Positions 19,809-32,585 of a stretch of DNA of 64,000 bases are shown here, one piece after another. The DNA is from Eledone cirrhosa (lineage: Eukaryota). Location: the NCBI GenBank assembly GCA_964016885.1, contig OZ024741.1, positions 100,812,001 to 100,876,000 on the forward strand, written 5' to 3'. Position numbers and translations under genes: made by a program. Within the stretch, counting starts at the first letter, position 1; each line of letters opens with the position of its first letter. Below the pieces are notes generated by a model, which worked only from the letters and a program-made list of their open reading frames with translations, did not search any database and was not told the DNA's origin.

Positions 19809-19873
19809 CTGCAAAGTTGAATTTTACATTTTACAATTGCAAAATTAAATTAATTATAATTATTATTATTATG

Positions 19874-20515
19874 TGGATTGGCAGTGTCGGTAGAGGGTCG
19901 GACGCCATGCTTTCCAGCATAGTTACGTCCCTTTACGTTCTGAGTTCAAATCCCGTCGAGGTTGACTTTGCCTTTCATCCTTACGGGGTCGATAAAATAA
20001 AGTACCAGTAATGCACTGGGTAATTTGCTGGCCTTGTGCCAAAAGTAGAAACAATTATTATTATTATTATAAGAGCGGTGGATTGGCAGTATCAATAAAG
20101 AGTTTGACAACATGCTTCGCAGCACAGAGTTACGGGGGGGTTGGAAGAGTGGTTAAAGCGTCGGACAAATCCTTTGCAGCATTTACATTTTGAGTTCAAA
20201 TTCTGCTGAAGTTAACTTTTCCTTCCAGCCTTCCAGGTCGATATAATCAACTTTCCTCTACTCAAAAATTTATGTCCTTGTGCCTAATCCCGTCAGGTCA
20301 ACTTTGCTTTTCATACTTCCAAGATCGAAAAAATAAAGTTCCAGTAATACACTGGGGTCGATTTAATCGACTTTCCCCCACCCTCAAATTTGTTGGCCTT
20401 GTGCCTAAATCAGAAACCATTTTGCCTTTCATCCTTACGGGGGTCGATAAAATAAAGTACCAGTAATACACTGAAAAATTGATGGCCTTGGGCCAAAAGT
20501 AGAAACAATTATTAT
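19874..20515 (+). mobile_element. Cluster of SINE family 2 copies (tRNA-like head, gcctttcatcc...ggtcgataaaataaagtaccag central block resembling the MetaSINE domain)
   Basis: Repeated motif with (ATT)n tails. Further copies at ~31395-31578 (+), 44443-44634 (-), 49195-49530 (+), 50975-51158 (-), 56095-56710 (-) and 63405-63505 (+). Confidence 0.85.
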
Positions 20516-23382
20516 TATAGTCATTGAAATATATATAAGGTAGAAAGATGTCCTTCTTTAGTTTGTTTTATCCATCCCAGCTAAAGACATGGTAAAGTTT
20601 GCTCACAAGACTATATATCTAACATCCAACTAAATACATCGAAATATTAGCACAGGTTTCTTCACTTACGGCCGAATCAAAATGTATTTATTTTATTAGC
20701 AAAATCTGTTTTTAACAAAAATGTATCTTTTACATTATGAAACATCGGATTAATAAATAAATAAATCGGCTTGGAAAGTTGTTTCCCTTGATCTATTAAA
20801 AGTTATCTCCCTTAAAATAACCCCTCCTTTTTCTTCGACACGTACAAAATATCTTATAACTGACAAGCTATACAATAACAAAAACTTAAGTAGAATGCTT
20901 TTATGCAAATACTATAATATTCTATTATATAAATGCATCAAAATTTGCTATATTTAAATCAATTATATAAAGTACGCTCCACCTATCATCCAACAGGCTT
21001 GCAATGTTTTGAGTACCGATTAACAACAAGCTTGGAGACAAACCAGCTGACACTTTTCAGTCCGTAATATTCAAGACATTCGTGGGAGCTGGGCTGCTGA
21101 CAACGAAGTTTTAGACTTCGTTGGCGACTCACCTTACTGAAGTATCAGATGATGCTTGTATGTGTGCTTGGCTAGTCAAGAGCTTTAGCCACGCTAGCAC
21201 CCACGATAATACCATGAGTAATTTGGAGTTACCTTAAAATTTATAGGAAGGCAATACTATCATTCCATTGTAGTGCGGTATAATTGAGAGAGTATGCATG
21301 TGAGTTTTATTCAATTCTTTCTAACTCATTTTATTGATCTTATTTTAATCATATTCATTATATAAATTATGTTTATTGATAAAGGTTATTTGATCTTTGG
21401 AATCAGGTAAAAACTGCTAGGGAAACAATGGTATAGTCACTGCTGGAATGCCTTTGATAATGTGTCTGTCCGATATGTCTGTCCTGGGACTAAACAACAA
21501 TACAGTACAGTACAGTACAAGAAGCCAACGAGAGGGCCTGTGCATGGCACTCGATTTACTAGAAATTACAACCAAATCTTCCTCATTAGATAATGTTATC
21601 CAAGACACACTGTGTCTGGATCTAGATGGTAAATTTGATTGGCTTTACAATTCCACTCAGTTATTTTTACACTGTTATTGTAAACAACTTATAGTAGACC
21701 ATGACACACTTTTTTCTGTATTAAAATTAGAATCGTAATTATATTGGAGTTAAGTGTAAATACAATACCATCGAAGTATTAAATGTTAAGACAGGTGTGA
21801 AATAATTCAACTTGTTGTTGTTGGGTAACTCAGCACTGCTGCTTAAGATTAAATGCAAAAACAGGTGTTAAATTATATAACACATTACATAGAGCTTACA
21901 AATTAATTGATTCTATATAAGTATTTATTTATAGAATTGTTCTCTATTTGGATATGAAAGGCTTTTAACCCCATAACATAGGGGTGCTGTAGTGGCATAC
22001 AACATTTCTTGAGCAGTTTAAACCTGTGGAGCCCATCACTCTCCAGGTCTGAATACAGTAGATTTTTTTCCAGAGAAGGATAGAGAGTGAGAGAGAGGAA
22101 CTGTGAAAGAGATACAGAGGAAGAATCAACCCCAGTACTAAACTGGTACTTTTTTTTATCGATTTCAAAAGGACAAAAGGTATCTACAATCAAAGGAATT
22201 CCAACAAAGATTCTTTTCTGTCTTTTTTTAGGGAAATCTAAAACCTTAGAATAAGCAAAAGTGGATTGGTTAGTGTTGAGTGCACAACACTGTGAACTAC
22301 TCTGTATGAAGTAGATGTCAAAGAAAAAGTCCAGGACTAATTTATCCTGTATGATGATAGGGTTTGATTTGCTGAAGATTTTGTTGCTATTTCTAGCAGG
22401 TAAAGCTAACACATAGAGACTCCCTCATTGGTTGACTTCGATGATGTGTTAATTGAAGTGCAAATATAGCAGATTAATTAAGACAATTTAAAAAACATGA
22501 AACACGTTAAAAGTAATTACATCATCAGTAACATTCCTTTACTACTATGGATGTTTGTGAGGTTTTTGAAACCCCAAGGGTCATTTGACAATGAAACAGT
22601 CTGTGTGCAGAAGTAGCCACAAGTCCTGAAAGTCCCTGCTGTCATGAAAGTATATTGAAGTGATCAGAGAGCTGTCTAATTTTAAAGAGATGCTAGTTCG
22701 CAGTCTATCATGATCCATCATAACACCTTCTCTCAGTATATGAGATGCAATAACATGGCTATCGTTGAGATCTGAATCTCTAGGCAAAACTTGAATTCAG
22801 AATGCATGAGCTGGAACAGATACTGCCAAGCATTTTGTCCATCACTAACAAATCTGCCAATCCACTACCATGGACAGTTACTTTATTTATTGATGTACAG
22901 CAAAGTTAACCTCAGCAAGATTTGAACACAAAATGCAGAGAACCAGAACAAATGCAGTGAGACATACTTAGATATGCTCTATTGATTCTGTCAATTCACT
23001 GCCTTCTTTGCTGTAATTACATGAGTGAGTAAGATGTTGGGCAGACAACTGTAAGGCTGTGAGTTTGATTGACAGACTAGGCAGAGCCTTGTGGCCTTGA
23101 GCAAAACATCTAGTTTCACTCAGCTGGAAAACATGAATTGCAGCATCACTGATGCCAAGCTAAATCAGTTTTGCCTTTCCTTTGGAGAGGGGTGACAGAC
23201 ATGCTTGGGTGACTGTTGGTCTTCCACAAAACACCTTGTAGAGAAACTTTCCAGATACAAACCCATGTTCAGTCAGTCATGACAAAAGGAGGCCTTTAAG
23301 CAAGAGTTTATATAATTAAACACCTATATAACATACCACAACTTTATAATGAAGTTATATAAAAAGAATGAATGTAACTTAC

Positions 23383-23512
23383 TTCAAAGTTGCCAAGGAG
23401 ACAGTTTGTTGATGCAGGAGCACTGGTGCTGAATGTTTTTTGGTTGTTTTCTTTATTATCAATTTCATCACAGGAGCTAGATTTTACCACTAATTTGGAG
23501 CAAGACAGGGCA
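23383..23512 (-). CDS. ATOSA: Atos/FAM214A homolog, exon 6
   Basis: ALSCSKLVVKSSSCDEIDNKENNQKTFSTSAPASTNCLLGNFE; 130 nt; phase 2 to 0. Joins the next exon to give LLGNFEESIL. Confidence 0.9.
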
Positions 23513-24085
23513 CTGGTAAAAACACAAAATTGACATTAAATACTCTGCTATGATTAATTACATACCATACAAACCTCAAATATAAACTGAGGAACATGTG
23601 ACCAAAACATTGATGGTAAAATTGGGGGGGGGGGGGGGGCATCTAAGCAATGTTGATTAGCTGCCTCGGCTTATATATGGAGTTTGGATTTTTGCCAATT
23701 TCTCAGGCATAAAATGGGGGAGGGGGGCATCCTTTCATGATTGCTAAAATAAAGTACCAAGCAAGTACTGGGGTCAATATAATCAACTTGGTAAATACAT
23801 AGAGTAGTACCTTGCGTTTCCTACTAATTGAGTAACCGAAACCCTGACCAAGGACATACATACCACCACCACACCACTATCATCATCCTCACCATCACCA
23901 TCGAGGTGTCTAAAAGGGTTGATGCCAGGAAGGGCATCTTACTAAAGCACTGCTTCAAAAAAGACTCCATGATGCTGCAAAGCTAACCTTTGCTTTAACA
24001 GGGAAAATGAACTTAAAATTCTTGTCGCTGTTATATTATTATTATCATCATTGTCATTGACAACCTTTCCTTTAAGCTTCATGAG

Positions 24086-24301
24086 TTAACCCTTTAGCAT
24101 TCAAACCGGTTATATCCAACCAGAATTATCTCACCTTTTTCTGTTCAAACTGGCCATAACTGGCCACTCTTACTGATGTTAAGGTATTGTTCTCAAAATA
24201 AATAATATCAAAATCTCGTAGATTCGATATTATGTGAGATAAAGTGTTTACCATGAAAATACAATAGTAATTATAGAGTAATATAAATGCTAAAGGGTTA
24301 A
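24086..24301. mobile_element. piggyBac-like MITE (TTAA-CCCTTTAGCATT...AATGCTAAAGGG-TTAA)
   Basis: TIRs and TTAA flanks. Copies at 29497-29729, 43240-43445, 55337-55552, 57814-58028 and a partial one at ~41780-41972. Confidence 0.85.
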
Positions 24302-25188
24302 ATAAAACAAAGTAAAAACATAGATGTCATACTGCCTGAATATGAAACCAACATTGTCAACTGCCACAATCAACTAACTTATGTAGACAGGGAAAACTAA
24401 TATTAACTCTCAATCTCCTGTACTGCATCAAACCACATTTGCAAGATATTCTTGAAAAGTACAAAACAACACTATGACTGTATCACATTAAATATTCAAG
24501 TCTTTACTTTAGTCTAATGCTGCAAATTTTCACAATGATCTGTTCACTAATAAAGACACTATAACCCTTTGAATTAACAAACCTGTTTTTAGATATTTTT
24601 GCTAAATCATCACAATGTTAAGAGTTAAACAAGTGTTGTTGTTGTTGTTTAATCCTGCTCAAGTAAAGCTATGATCAAAGGTGTTCCATCCATGACCACC
24701 CTGTCTTCCATTTCAGACATTGTGTATCTAGGACCTCATTATCTAATGTGTACTTTCTCTTGTAAGATGGTGGGATGTGATTTGAAGGGAAATTATAGCT
24801 GCTATCACTAACAGGTAGAGGATTCAAATAGGAAGTCCCTTGTTGGCCTGTGTTGTTCCAATGCAAGATTATATATTAAGTGATAATTACTCATAATCTT
24901 TAATGGGTAAATGGACCAGCCTGAGTTTCTCATACTTGCAAGATCCACCTCTAGTTTAAAAAGAAATGTTGACTTGATTGAGACATTCTTCATGAAAACT
25001 AAGGGTGGATCTTGCAGGTATGAGAACAAAAATTAGACCAGACTGACCCACAAACTCAGCACAGCAAGAACTTATCACCAGTCCACAATACTTGCTGTTG
25101 TTGTTGTTGTCCTTGTTGCTACAGCTCAAACCTGTATAGGTTTAGTCAGCCTCTTAAAAGGTTGTATCTCATAAGTTTCTTGGGCACA

Positions 25189-25445
25189 TTAACCCTTTTG
25201 TTACTATATTTCTAACAAAAGACACTACTTATAATTTTCAAATCAATTTTGAAAATAATCAAGAATTTGGAGGGATTAAATGATATTACTTTCTCATTAT
25301 TAAGCTGGTGTTTGGAGCATACCTTAAGAAAGGTTCTTACATAAAATTATGATGGAAGGGTTTTAGATAAATATAAACACTTAAAATAAACAGCTTAATA
25401 CCATAGAATCAAGGTGGTATTATGTGGTTTACTATCAAAAGGGTT
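25189..25445. mobile_element. Second TTAA-CCCTTT MITE family (older)
   Basis: ttaacccttttg...caaaagggtt. Relatives at 38367-38764, 41724-42158 and 43122-43561. Confidence 0.7.
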
Positions 25446-25932
25446 CATGATAGTGGTAGCAGTCTTATCATAACTTGTCTAATGTTCACTCATGATTATG
25501 TATACAGTTTTATTAATCATAACATGTGTATATGTATATGTATACATGTATATGTATGCCTGTGTGTGTGTTTTGTAATGAATATTATAGTATAGCTACA
25601 CCAAAAGATTTCATATTTAGATAATAACCACACTTATCAGTGTGTTGGATATAAGTATAAGAATATAAGTAAAAGTATATCAATTTACACTGTACTCTTA
25701 CTATCACTACAAGTATACACAAGTACTCATGTTATATATGAAACACTATAAATATGCGTTTGTATAGGGGGGGGGGGTGTACTATTTTCTGTTATGATCA
25801 TATAGATTGTTCAGTTGTTTTTTGTTTTGGTGCTTTTTTTAATCTCTTTTTTACTGGTTTTAGTCAGCAGCACACGGCCATGCTGAGGCACTACCTTAAA
25901 AGTATTTAGTTGATAATATTTTATTGAACTAA

Positions 25933-26088
25933 AAAAAAGGAAAAGAATGACTTCACTTGTAGTGTTAAATAATTTTATTTAATTTTATAATATTATGAGT
26001 TGGTAGATCTACCAACTCATAATATTATATTATAAAATTAAATCAAATTATTTAACACTACAAGTGAAGTCATTCTTTTCCTTTTTTT
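25933..26088. repeat. Loop-less palindrome, ~75-80-bp arms
   Basis: Centred on agatct (26005-26010). Confidence 0.95.
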
Positions 26089-26396
26089 CAAATATACCTA
26101 ACTGTACCAAGGATCTCACACATTTTCCAATATATACACACACGCACACGCACACACACACATATATGGAGTCAATTTGAAACTGGTTAGACCATTACTC
26201 AACAGAGAACTCAATACTTGGGGTAGTAGAGTATGGTTATATTATAAAGAGTCGGGACCCAACGGCTGATCTCTTGCCATTTCAACAGCTAACTCCAGAA
26301 TATGCATATATATAGACATATCATCACCATCATATATATATATGTGCATATATATAAAATATTAAATTTAAGCCCATATTTGGTGAGGATACATGT

Positions 26397-26430
<34 letters not shown>

Positions 26431-26436
<6 letters not shown>

Positions 26437-27706
26437 TAAAAAAAACGAAAAATCAGTGATGCATCTGGACTCAGTTCATTGTGTGTTACAATTGTTTCGC
26501 CGGCAGGTAGCTCGAGACATGATCACTGCATGGATCTGGCTGATTCTACGGCTGCAGGTTCCTTCGGACACGGGTAGTTCGTTCGGAGCAAATGTTCTCA
26601 CTGCGGTGTTATCGTCAAAAGAACACCTTCAAAAAACATATTCCACTCTTGTCATGCCATTGGCTGTTGCTATTCCACGTCATCTTAAGTTCTGGTCATT
26701 ATTTACTGCTACACGGGTCATCAGCCATTTTCCGTCCGACACACTTCAATGAAGTATATATGTATATATTTATATAAGGTTGTGCGTAAGTATGTGTGCG
26801 CGCGTATATGTGTATGTTTGCGTGGGTGTGTGTACACATATGGACATATGTGCATATAAGTTTCTATGTGTATGTGCGTGTATACATGTGTATGTGTATG
26901 TATGTGAGCGTATGCGTGTGTGTTTGTCTATGTACACACACACATATAAATAAAGATATATATATATGGTGTGGGTATCTGTCAGTGGGGGTGTGTGTGG
27001 GCGCGTACGTACACCCACATAGGACATGGTTTGTCTATGTGTTTGTATACGGGTGTATATAAATGCATGTGTATACAGACGTGTGTGTCTGCACGTGTGT
27101 GCGCGTTTGCGTGCGTGTGGAACCGGATGTATGGCACGGTTTAGGCAGGCGCTAATAGGCTTGTGGCGGTCAGTATCTAGAAGTGGGTGTGCCTGGGTTT
27201 GTAGAAGGGAGAGTGTGTGCATGTATATATGTGCATGGGGGTAGGTGTGTCTACACATGTATGCGCGCATGTGTCTGTGTATATATGTGTGTGTGTATAT
27301 ATGTGTGTGTGTGTATGTGTGTGTATGTGTGGGTACATACTCTGGAGTGTGGACAGACGTATGAGATACCGAACCCAGCATGACTCCATTGAAGTGTGTC
27401 GGACGGAAAATGGCTGATGACACGTGTAGCAGTAAATAATGACCAGAACTTAAGATGACGTAGAATAACAACAGCCAATGGCATGACAAGAGTGGAAGAT
27501 GTTTTTTGAAGGTGTTTTTTTGACGATAACACCCCAGTGAGAAAATTTGCTCCAAACGAACTACCCGTGTCCGAAGGAACCTGCAGCCGTAGAATCAGCC
27601 AGATCCATACAGTGATCATGTCTCGAGCTACCTGCCGGCGAAACAATTGTAACACACAATGAACTGAGTCCAGATGCATCACTGATTTTTCGTTTTTTTA
27701 TACTAT
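26431..27706. mobile_element. Element with ~325-bp inverted repeats around a ~630-bp GT-rich spacer
   Basis: 26431-26755 vs 27383-27706 are reverse-complementary with few mismatches. The left end abuts (TA)n. Confidence 0.9.
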
Positions 27707-28314
27707 CCACAATCTACTCTGTATGAATATTGAGTGCTAATTTTGGCATACTGCCTATGGAAGCACCATAGCTACCATTATACACAAGTATATATATATA
27801 TATATATGAAAATGTGGGAGTCCAAAATGCAGAAAATAACTGTAACAACAGTTGATTGCTATAAATAATAGCTTTGAAAATCAGGTAACATATTCCTAGA
27901 TGGAAAAAATGGATAATAGCCACTGTTGATGAGCTTCCACATAGTTTCCGCCTGCCAAATTTCACTCACAAAGTATTGGTCAACCCAAAGCTATAATAAT
28001 TGAAATTTGCCACACAATGGGACAGAACCAGAAACTACATGATTCCAAAGTGACCTTCTTCACCACACAGCAATGCCTGCTCTTAGTTTGGTAGCATCTT
28101 TTGAAAACTTGAAGAGCTACTACTTTGATATAGCTCAAGATGTGTGGGTGTTTGTTTTTTGGTGTTTTTTTGGTGTGTGTTTTTTTTCATCTTTTTTTAA
28201 GGTAAGGGTTTTACCAATTGTTTGATTTTCTTATCAATAACAATTCAAGTGAAAAGTTGAAGTAGTTATTGATTTCTCTTGAAAGACTTGAAAGATTGAT
28301 TAACATAAAATATT

Positions 28315-28414
28315 ACAATGACTGAGAGTGCAGCTAAACATTTCAGTAATTGTTTGATTGTTATATTACCACTGAACTATTATTGAAAGGTTTAGCTGCA
28401 CTCTCAGTCATTGT
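28315..28414. repeat. 100-bp hairpin with a perfect 25-bp stem
   Basis: acaatgactgagagtgcagctaaac / gtttagctgcactctcagtcattgt. Confidence 0.9.
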
Positions 28415-28429
28415 TTTTTTTCTCCATAG

Positions 28430-28640
28430 TCAGGTGATTCTTTAAGACATATCCATAGTATTGGAGCTTTCAATTTGAAGAAGTGGCTCTACCTGGAGTG
28501 ACTCTCTGATCTCTGAGCTACGCACCCTACAGAGGAACCCTATTTTGGCCACTTGTTTTTGCGATCATATTCTTTTGGTCATTACCCAAGATTCATGACC
28601 ATAGATAAGGGTTGGCATGAATACTGAACTGAAGATAGCC
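28430..28640 (-). mobile_element. Degenerate RTE ORF C-terminal fragment
   Basis: Reads IFSSVFMPTLIYGHESWVMT...LQVEPLL. Homologous pieces at ~30990-31330 (-) and ~47060-47290 (+). Confidence 0.65.
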
Positions 28641-29251
28641 ATTGGCAGTATCTTTGATTATAAATATGGTAATGAAAGAGTTAAATTCACCATGGTAGGA
28701 AGGTGAACTGTAAAGGTCAGGGACTTTGACACTCCAGCTTCCCTTTCCTTCCTTCACTAACTTATTAAAACAAAATGTCTAGACTCTCAAGCTGAATACT
28801 TTATCTTCAAAACTGCATTTACGTCACTCATTATTCTTTATTCCTAAGATGATTTGGAAAGTTTATGGGCCCAGCCCTTCCTACCACAACTAAATTATAA
28901 AATAAATAACAACCGCATCAACAACAATAACAACAACAACAACACCAACACTACCAACAATGACACCACCATCAACAACACCAACAACACCACCACCAAC
29001 ACCAACAACACCACCAACAACAACAAAACAACACCACTAACAACAAAGCACCACCACCAACACCAATAACAATAAACTGAATTTCCTAAGACATTAAAGA
29101 TCTTTACTACTTTGCTATAACAAAACAAACCAACTAGGCAAGTAACCCTGCTCTAGTTCAACAATCACACTTCAGCAACAAAAGACTGTGTAAGTAAACC
29201 TGGACTGAATATAAATGTAAGACTTGTAAGGTAAATAAATAATAAACATAC

Positions 29252-29322
29252 TTTTTGATAGCCTTCGTAGATGTTAATGTACTGTCATAATCAAACCGGC
29301 CGGATTTTTTCTTCACAGGTGC
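29252..29322 (-). CDS. ATOSA: Atos/FAM214A homolog, exon 5
   Basis: APVKKKSGRFDYDSTLTSTKAIK; 71 nt; cag| and |gtatg; phase 0 to 2, fitting both neighbours. Confidence 0.85.
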
Positions 29323-29821
29323 CTGGGTAAAAAATAAATATAAATAAATAAAAAATAATAAATTAAATGAGAAAGGTAATTGATGAAGGTTTTTCTTTTC
29401 TTTTTTTTAAAGCAAATGAGACATTTTACTTTCAGTCAAGTCAAGTACAAACACCTGCAAACTGAAGGCGTCTTCATTATGGGTGTGTTGTGTGTGTTAA
29501 CTCTTTAGCAATTACATTACTTTATATATACTATTGCATTTTTGTGGTGAAGGCTTTATCTTACATAATTATCTCACATAATATTGAATCTATTTTTGAT
29601 GATTTTGATCTTATTTATTTTGAGAACAATACCTTAATGTCAGTATGAGTGACCGGTTACGGCCAGTTTGAAAAGAAAGAGGTAGAGAATTCTGGCCGAA
29701 TACAGCCAGTTTAAATGCTAAGAGGTTAAGGTGTAATATGGACAGAGCATTGCCAAATGGTTAAGAAGTTTGCTTCACAATCATTAGGCTCCAGATTTAA
29801 TCCCACAGCATGTCATCCATT

Positions 29822-30102
29822 GGAGGCACGTGGCCTAGTCGTAAGGGTGTTAGAGTTACGATCATAATGTTGTGGGTTCAATTCCTGGGCTGGGTTCTGT
29901 GTTGTGTTCTTCAGCAAAACACTTCATTTTACGTTGCTCCAGTATACTCAGCTGAAAATGAGTTCCAGCAATAGTTTGGGGTTTAACCCTGTGATGGACT
30001 GGTGTCCTGACCTGAGGAGAGATCAGTACTTTCAGTCACTTCACGCTATGAAACCGGGATAAGCACCTGCCTAACGAGCTTTTTGGTTTAAGATAGACTT
30101 AA
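29822..30102 (+). mobile_element. tRNA-derived SINE (family 1)
   Basis: Homologous to 1420-1690. Confidence 0.85.
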
Positions 30103-30192
30103 GACGTGAGAAATTAGGTAGATGGAAACTGTTTGGAAGCCTGTTGAATGAACTATACTAGTAATTCAAATGACTAGACTTGTTACACACTA

Positions 30193-30384
30193 CAAACCTG
30201 CCAACCTCTAAAAACCCAACGAGAGTACCATGAAAAATAGTGCCCCCAAATGGGAAGAAATGCAGCAAAATGGGGAGATTTTACATAATAAAACTATATC
30301 CATTTTCACAAGAGAAGACATCTCTCACCCACCCCAAAGTGGGTAGGAGATCTCCCCGTCAAACGGGGAGAGTTGACAGGTCTG
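30193..30384. mobile_element. ~190-bp MITE (caaacctgccaac...gttgacaggtctg)
   Basis: Imperfect TIRs. Second copy at 48763-48946. Confidence 0.8.
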
Positions 30385-31673
30385 CATACTCTAGAAGGAT
30401 GAAAAGCAAAGTTGACCTCTGTAAGATTTGAACTCAGAATGTAAAGAGCTGAGATAAATATTGCTCAGAAAAAGTAACCTCAGCAGGGTCCAAACTCAGA
30501 ACTTAAACAGCTGGAACAAATAAAGCAAGTCTTTTCACCAAAACTTTAGCAAGCCAATCAATTAACTCATACCCATAATAGAATTTAAGCAAAACAAAGT
30601 ATGCCTGTTTCAAAGACAAAAATAAAAAATTTTAAATAAAAACAATTGAATTTGGTAAAACAATTAACAAATTTGTATTTCTCCTGGTGGCAAGTCAGAC
30701 TACGAGGAGACTAAATGAAACAAATCAATTATAATGAAGCTTTTACTGCCAACATTTTTTTATCATGCAAGAGGCCAAGCGTAATTGGGGGTAGGTGTCA
30801 GATGGTTGAGGGAAGTCATCCTCGTCATCTTCATCTTCTCCCACTTATTCCTAAAAGAGTCTTTGAGGTAGAGTCTTCAGAAAAACCTTCTAGAGAGTCT
30901 CATCAGAAGCAACTGTCTCCAAGAAAGATCAACCGAGCTTATCGATGTTATCCAACCATTTTGCTTGTGGTCTACCTCTGTATCTCTTGCTAGTTGGCTT
31001 TACCTGTAAAATCTGCCCAGAAAGTTTTCAGGAGCTGTGATCTCTCAATGTAGATAAATAGTGGCTCTACCTGGAGTACTTTCCTGATCTTCAAGCTATA
31101 TACCCTATCAAAGTGATTTGTTAATATCTTTAAAGTTTGTGGAAAAGTAATTGAATGAGATGTCATATTACATAATATGAATTGAGATACCAGTAATATT
31201 AATAGCAGGTATGCCAATAATTCATATTTTGACTTTTGTACTATGAAGACTCCAAATACATGGGCCAAAATAGTTTTGCCTCACTAACCCAGTCAACCTA
31301 GCTGTAAGGAGGTAGGTACCATTAGAAAGCATGGGTTACTGATATAAGCAACAGGAGCACAATATAATTAAAAAGTATTTCATTATCTATATTGGATTGG
31401 CAGTATGGGTAGAGGGTCGGGCGCCATGCTTTGAAGCATAGAGTTACCTCCCTTTATGATCTCAGTTCAAATCCCGCTGAGGTTAACTTTGCCTTTCATC
31501 CTTACGGGGTCGATAAAATAAAGTACCAGTAATGCACTGGGATAAATGCTGGCCTGGTACCAAAAGTAGAAACAATTATCTATATATATGTATATATATA
31601 TATAAAATAAAATAAAATAAAATAAAATAATTAAGTCAAATATTTAAAATTTGGCTTCATTTATTAAAGGTGT

Positions 31674-31728
31674 ACTGCTATATATATTTCGGTGACAGCC
31701 ATCCTTGGCTGTGACCTCTTCAGGCAGT
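31674..31728 (-). ncRNA. Type I hammerhead ribozyme (family A)
   Basis: actgc CTGAAGA ggtcacagcca-agga-tggctgtcacc GAAA tatata TA gcagt. Confidence 0.9.
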
Positions 31729-32377
31729 CCGAATTGGTGTGGTAGAGACAGGTACGCATGTTGTTGAAGTGTTTCATCATCATCATCATCATCACCGTTT
31801 TACGTCCGTTCTTCCACGCTAGCATGGGTTCGACGGGTTGTCCTGTTGTGGGCAGTGTCTGGTCGGCTGACCATGCCTTGCTCATACAGGAACTGATTTG
31901 GCTTGATTTCTACAGCTGGATGCCCTTCCTAACACCAACCTCATTTACAGTGAGTGCTGGGTGCTTTTTCGTGGCGCCTACACGTCCACTTTACAGTGTG
32001 GGCTGGGTGCTTTTTTGCCGTGGCACCTCCACGACCACCTTGCGGTGGGGGGTGTGGGGGCTTATTGTCTATATGCTTAACTCCGTCAATACTCCGATAC
32101 GCCCAGTTCCTGGTTGGGTTGTTATTTCTCTGAGGAACTGGAATCATTATCATCATCATCATCGTTTAATGTCCATTTTCCATGCTAGCATGGGTCTGGA
32201 TGGGAATTGTCCCACTTGAAGCAAAATTGGTTGTCTTGCTCAGGACTGTCTGGCGGGTTTTCTACGACTGGATGCCCTTCCTAACACCAACCACGTTTAC
32301 AGTGTGGACTGGGAGGTTTTTACCATGTTACCTACACGGCCACATTACAGCGTGGACTGTGTGTTTTTTTGTCGTGA

Positions 32378-32539
32378 CCATTTCAACAGCTTGATCCGAA
32401 CGTGTTTGGATCTACCTGTCAAACCGGCCGGAGCTCAGCCGTCGGGGTCCTGACTCTTTTCCTATTACCTACTCTACTACCCTAAGTATTGAGTACTCTG
32501 GTGCATGATGGTCCACCTGGTATCTTACCACACCCTCTT

Positions 32540-32545
<6 letters not shown>
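32378..32545 (+). mobile_element. Family B repeat
   Basis: Shares the tail and central hairpin with 59076-59287. Ends at (TA)n. Confidence 0.8.

Positions 32546-32585
<40 letters not shown>

Noticed and set aside
21090-21205. H/ACA snoRNA
   Set aside because: An ANANNA match follows the first hairpin, but no properly placed ACA box was found.
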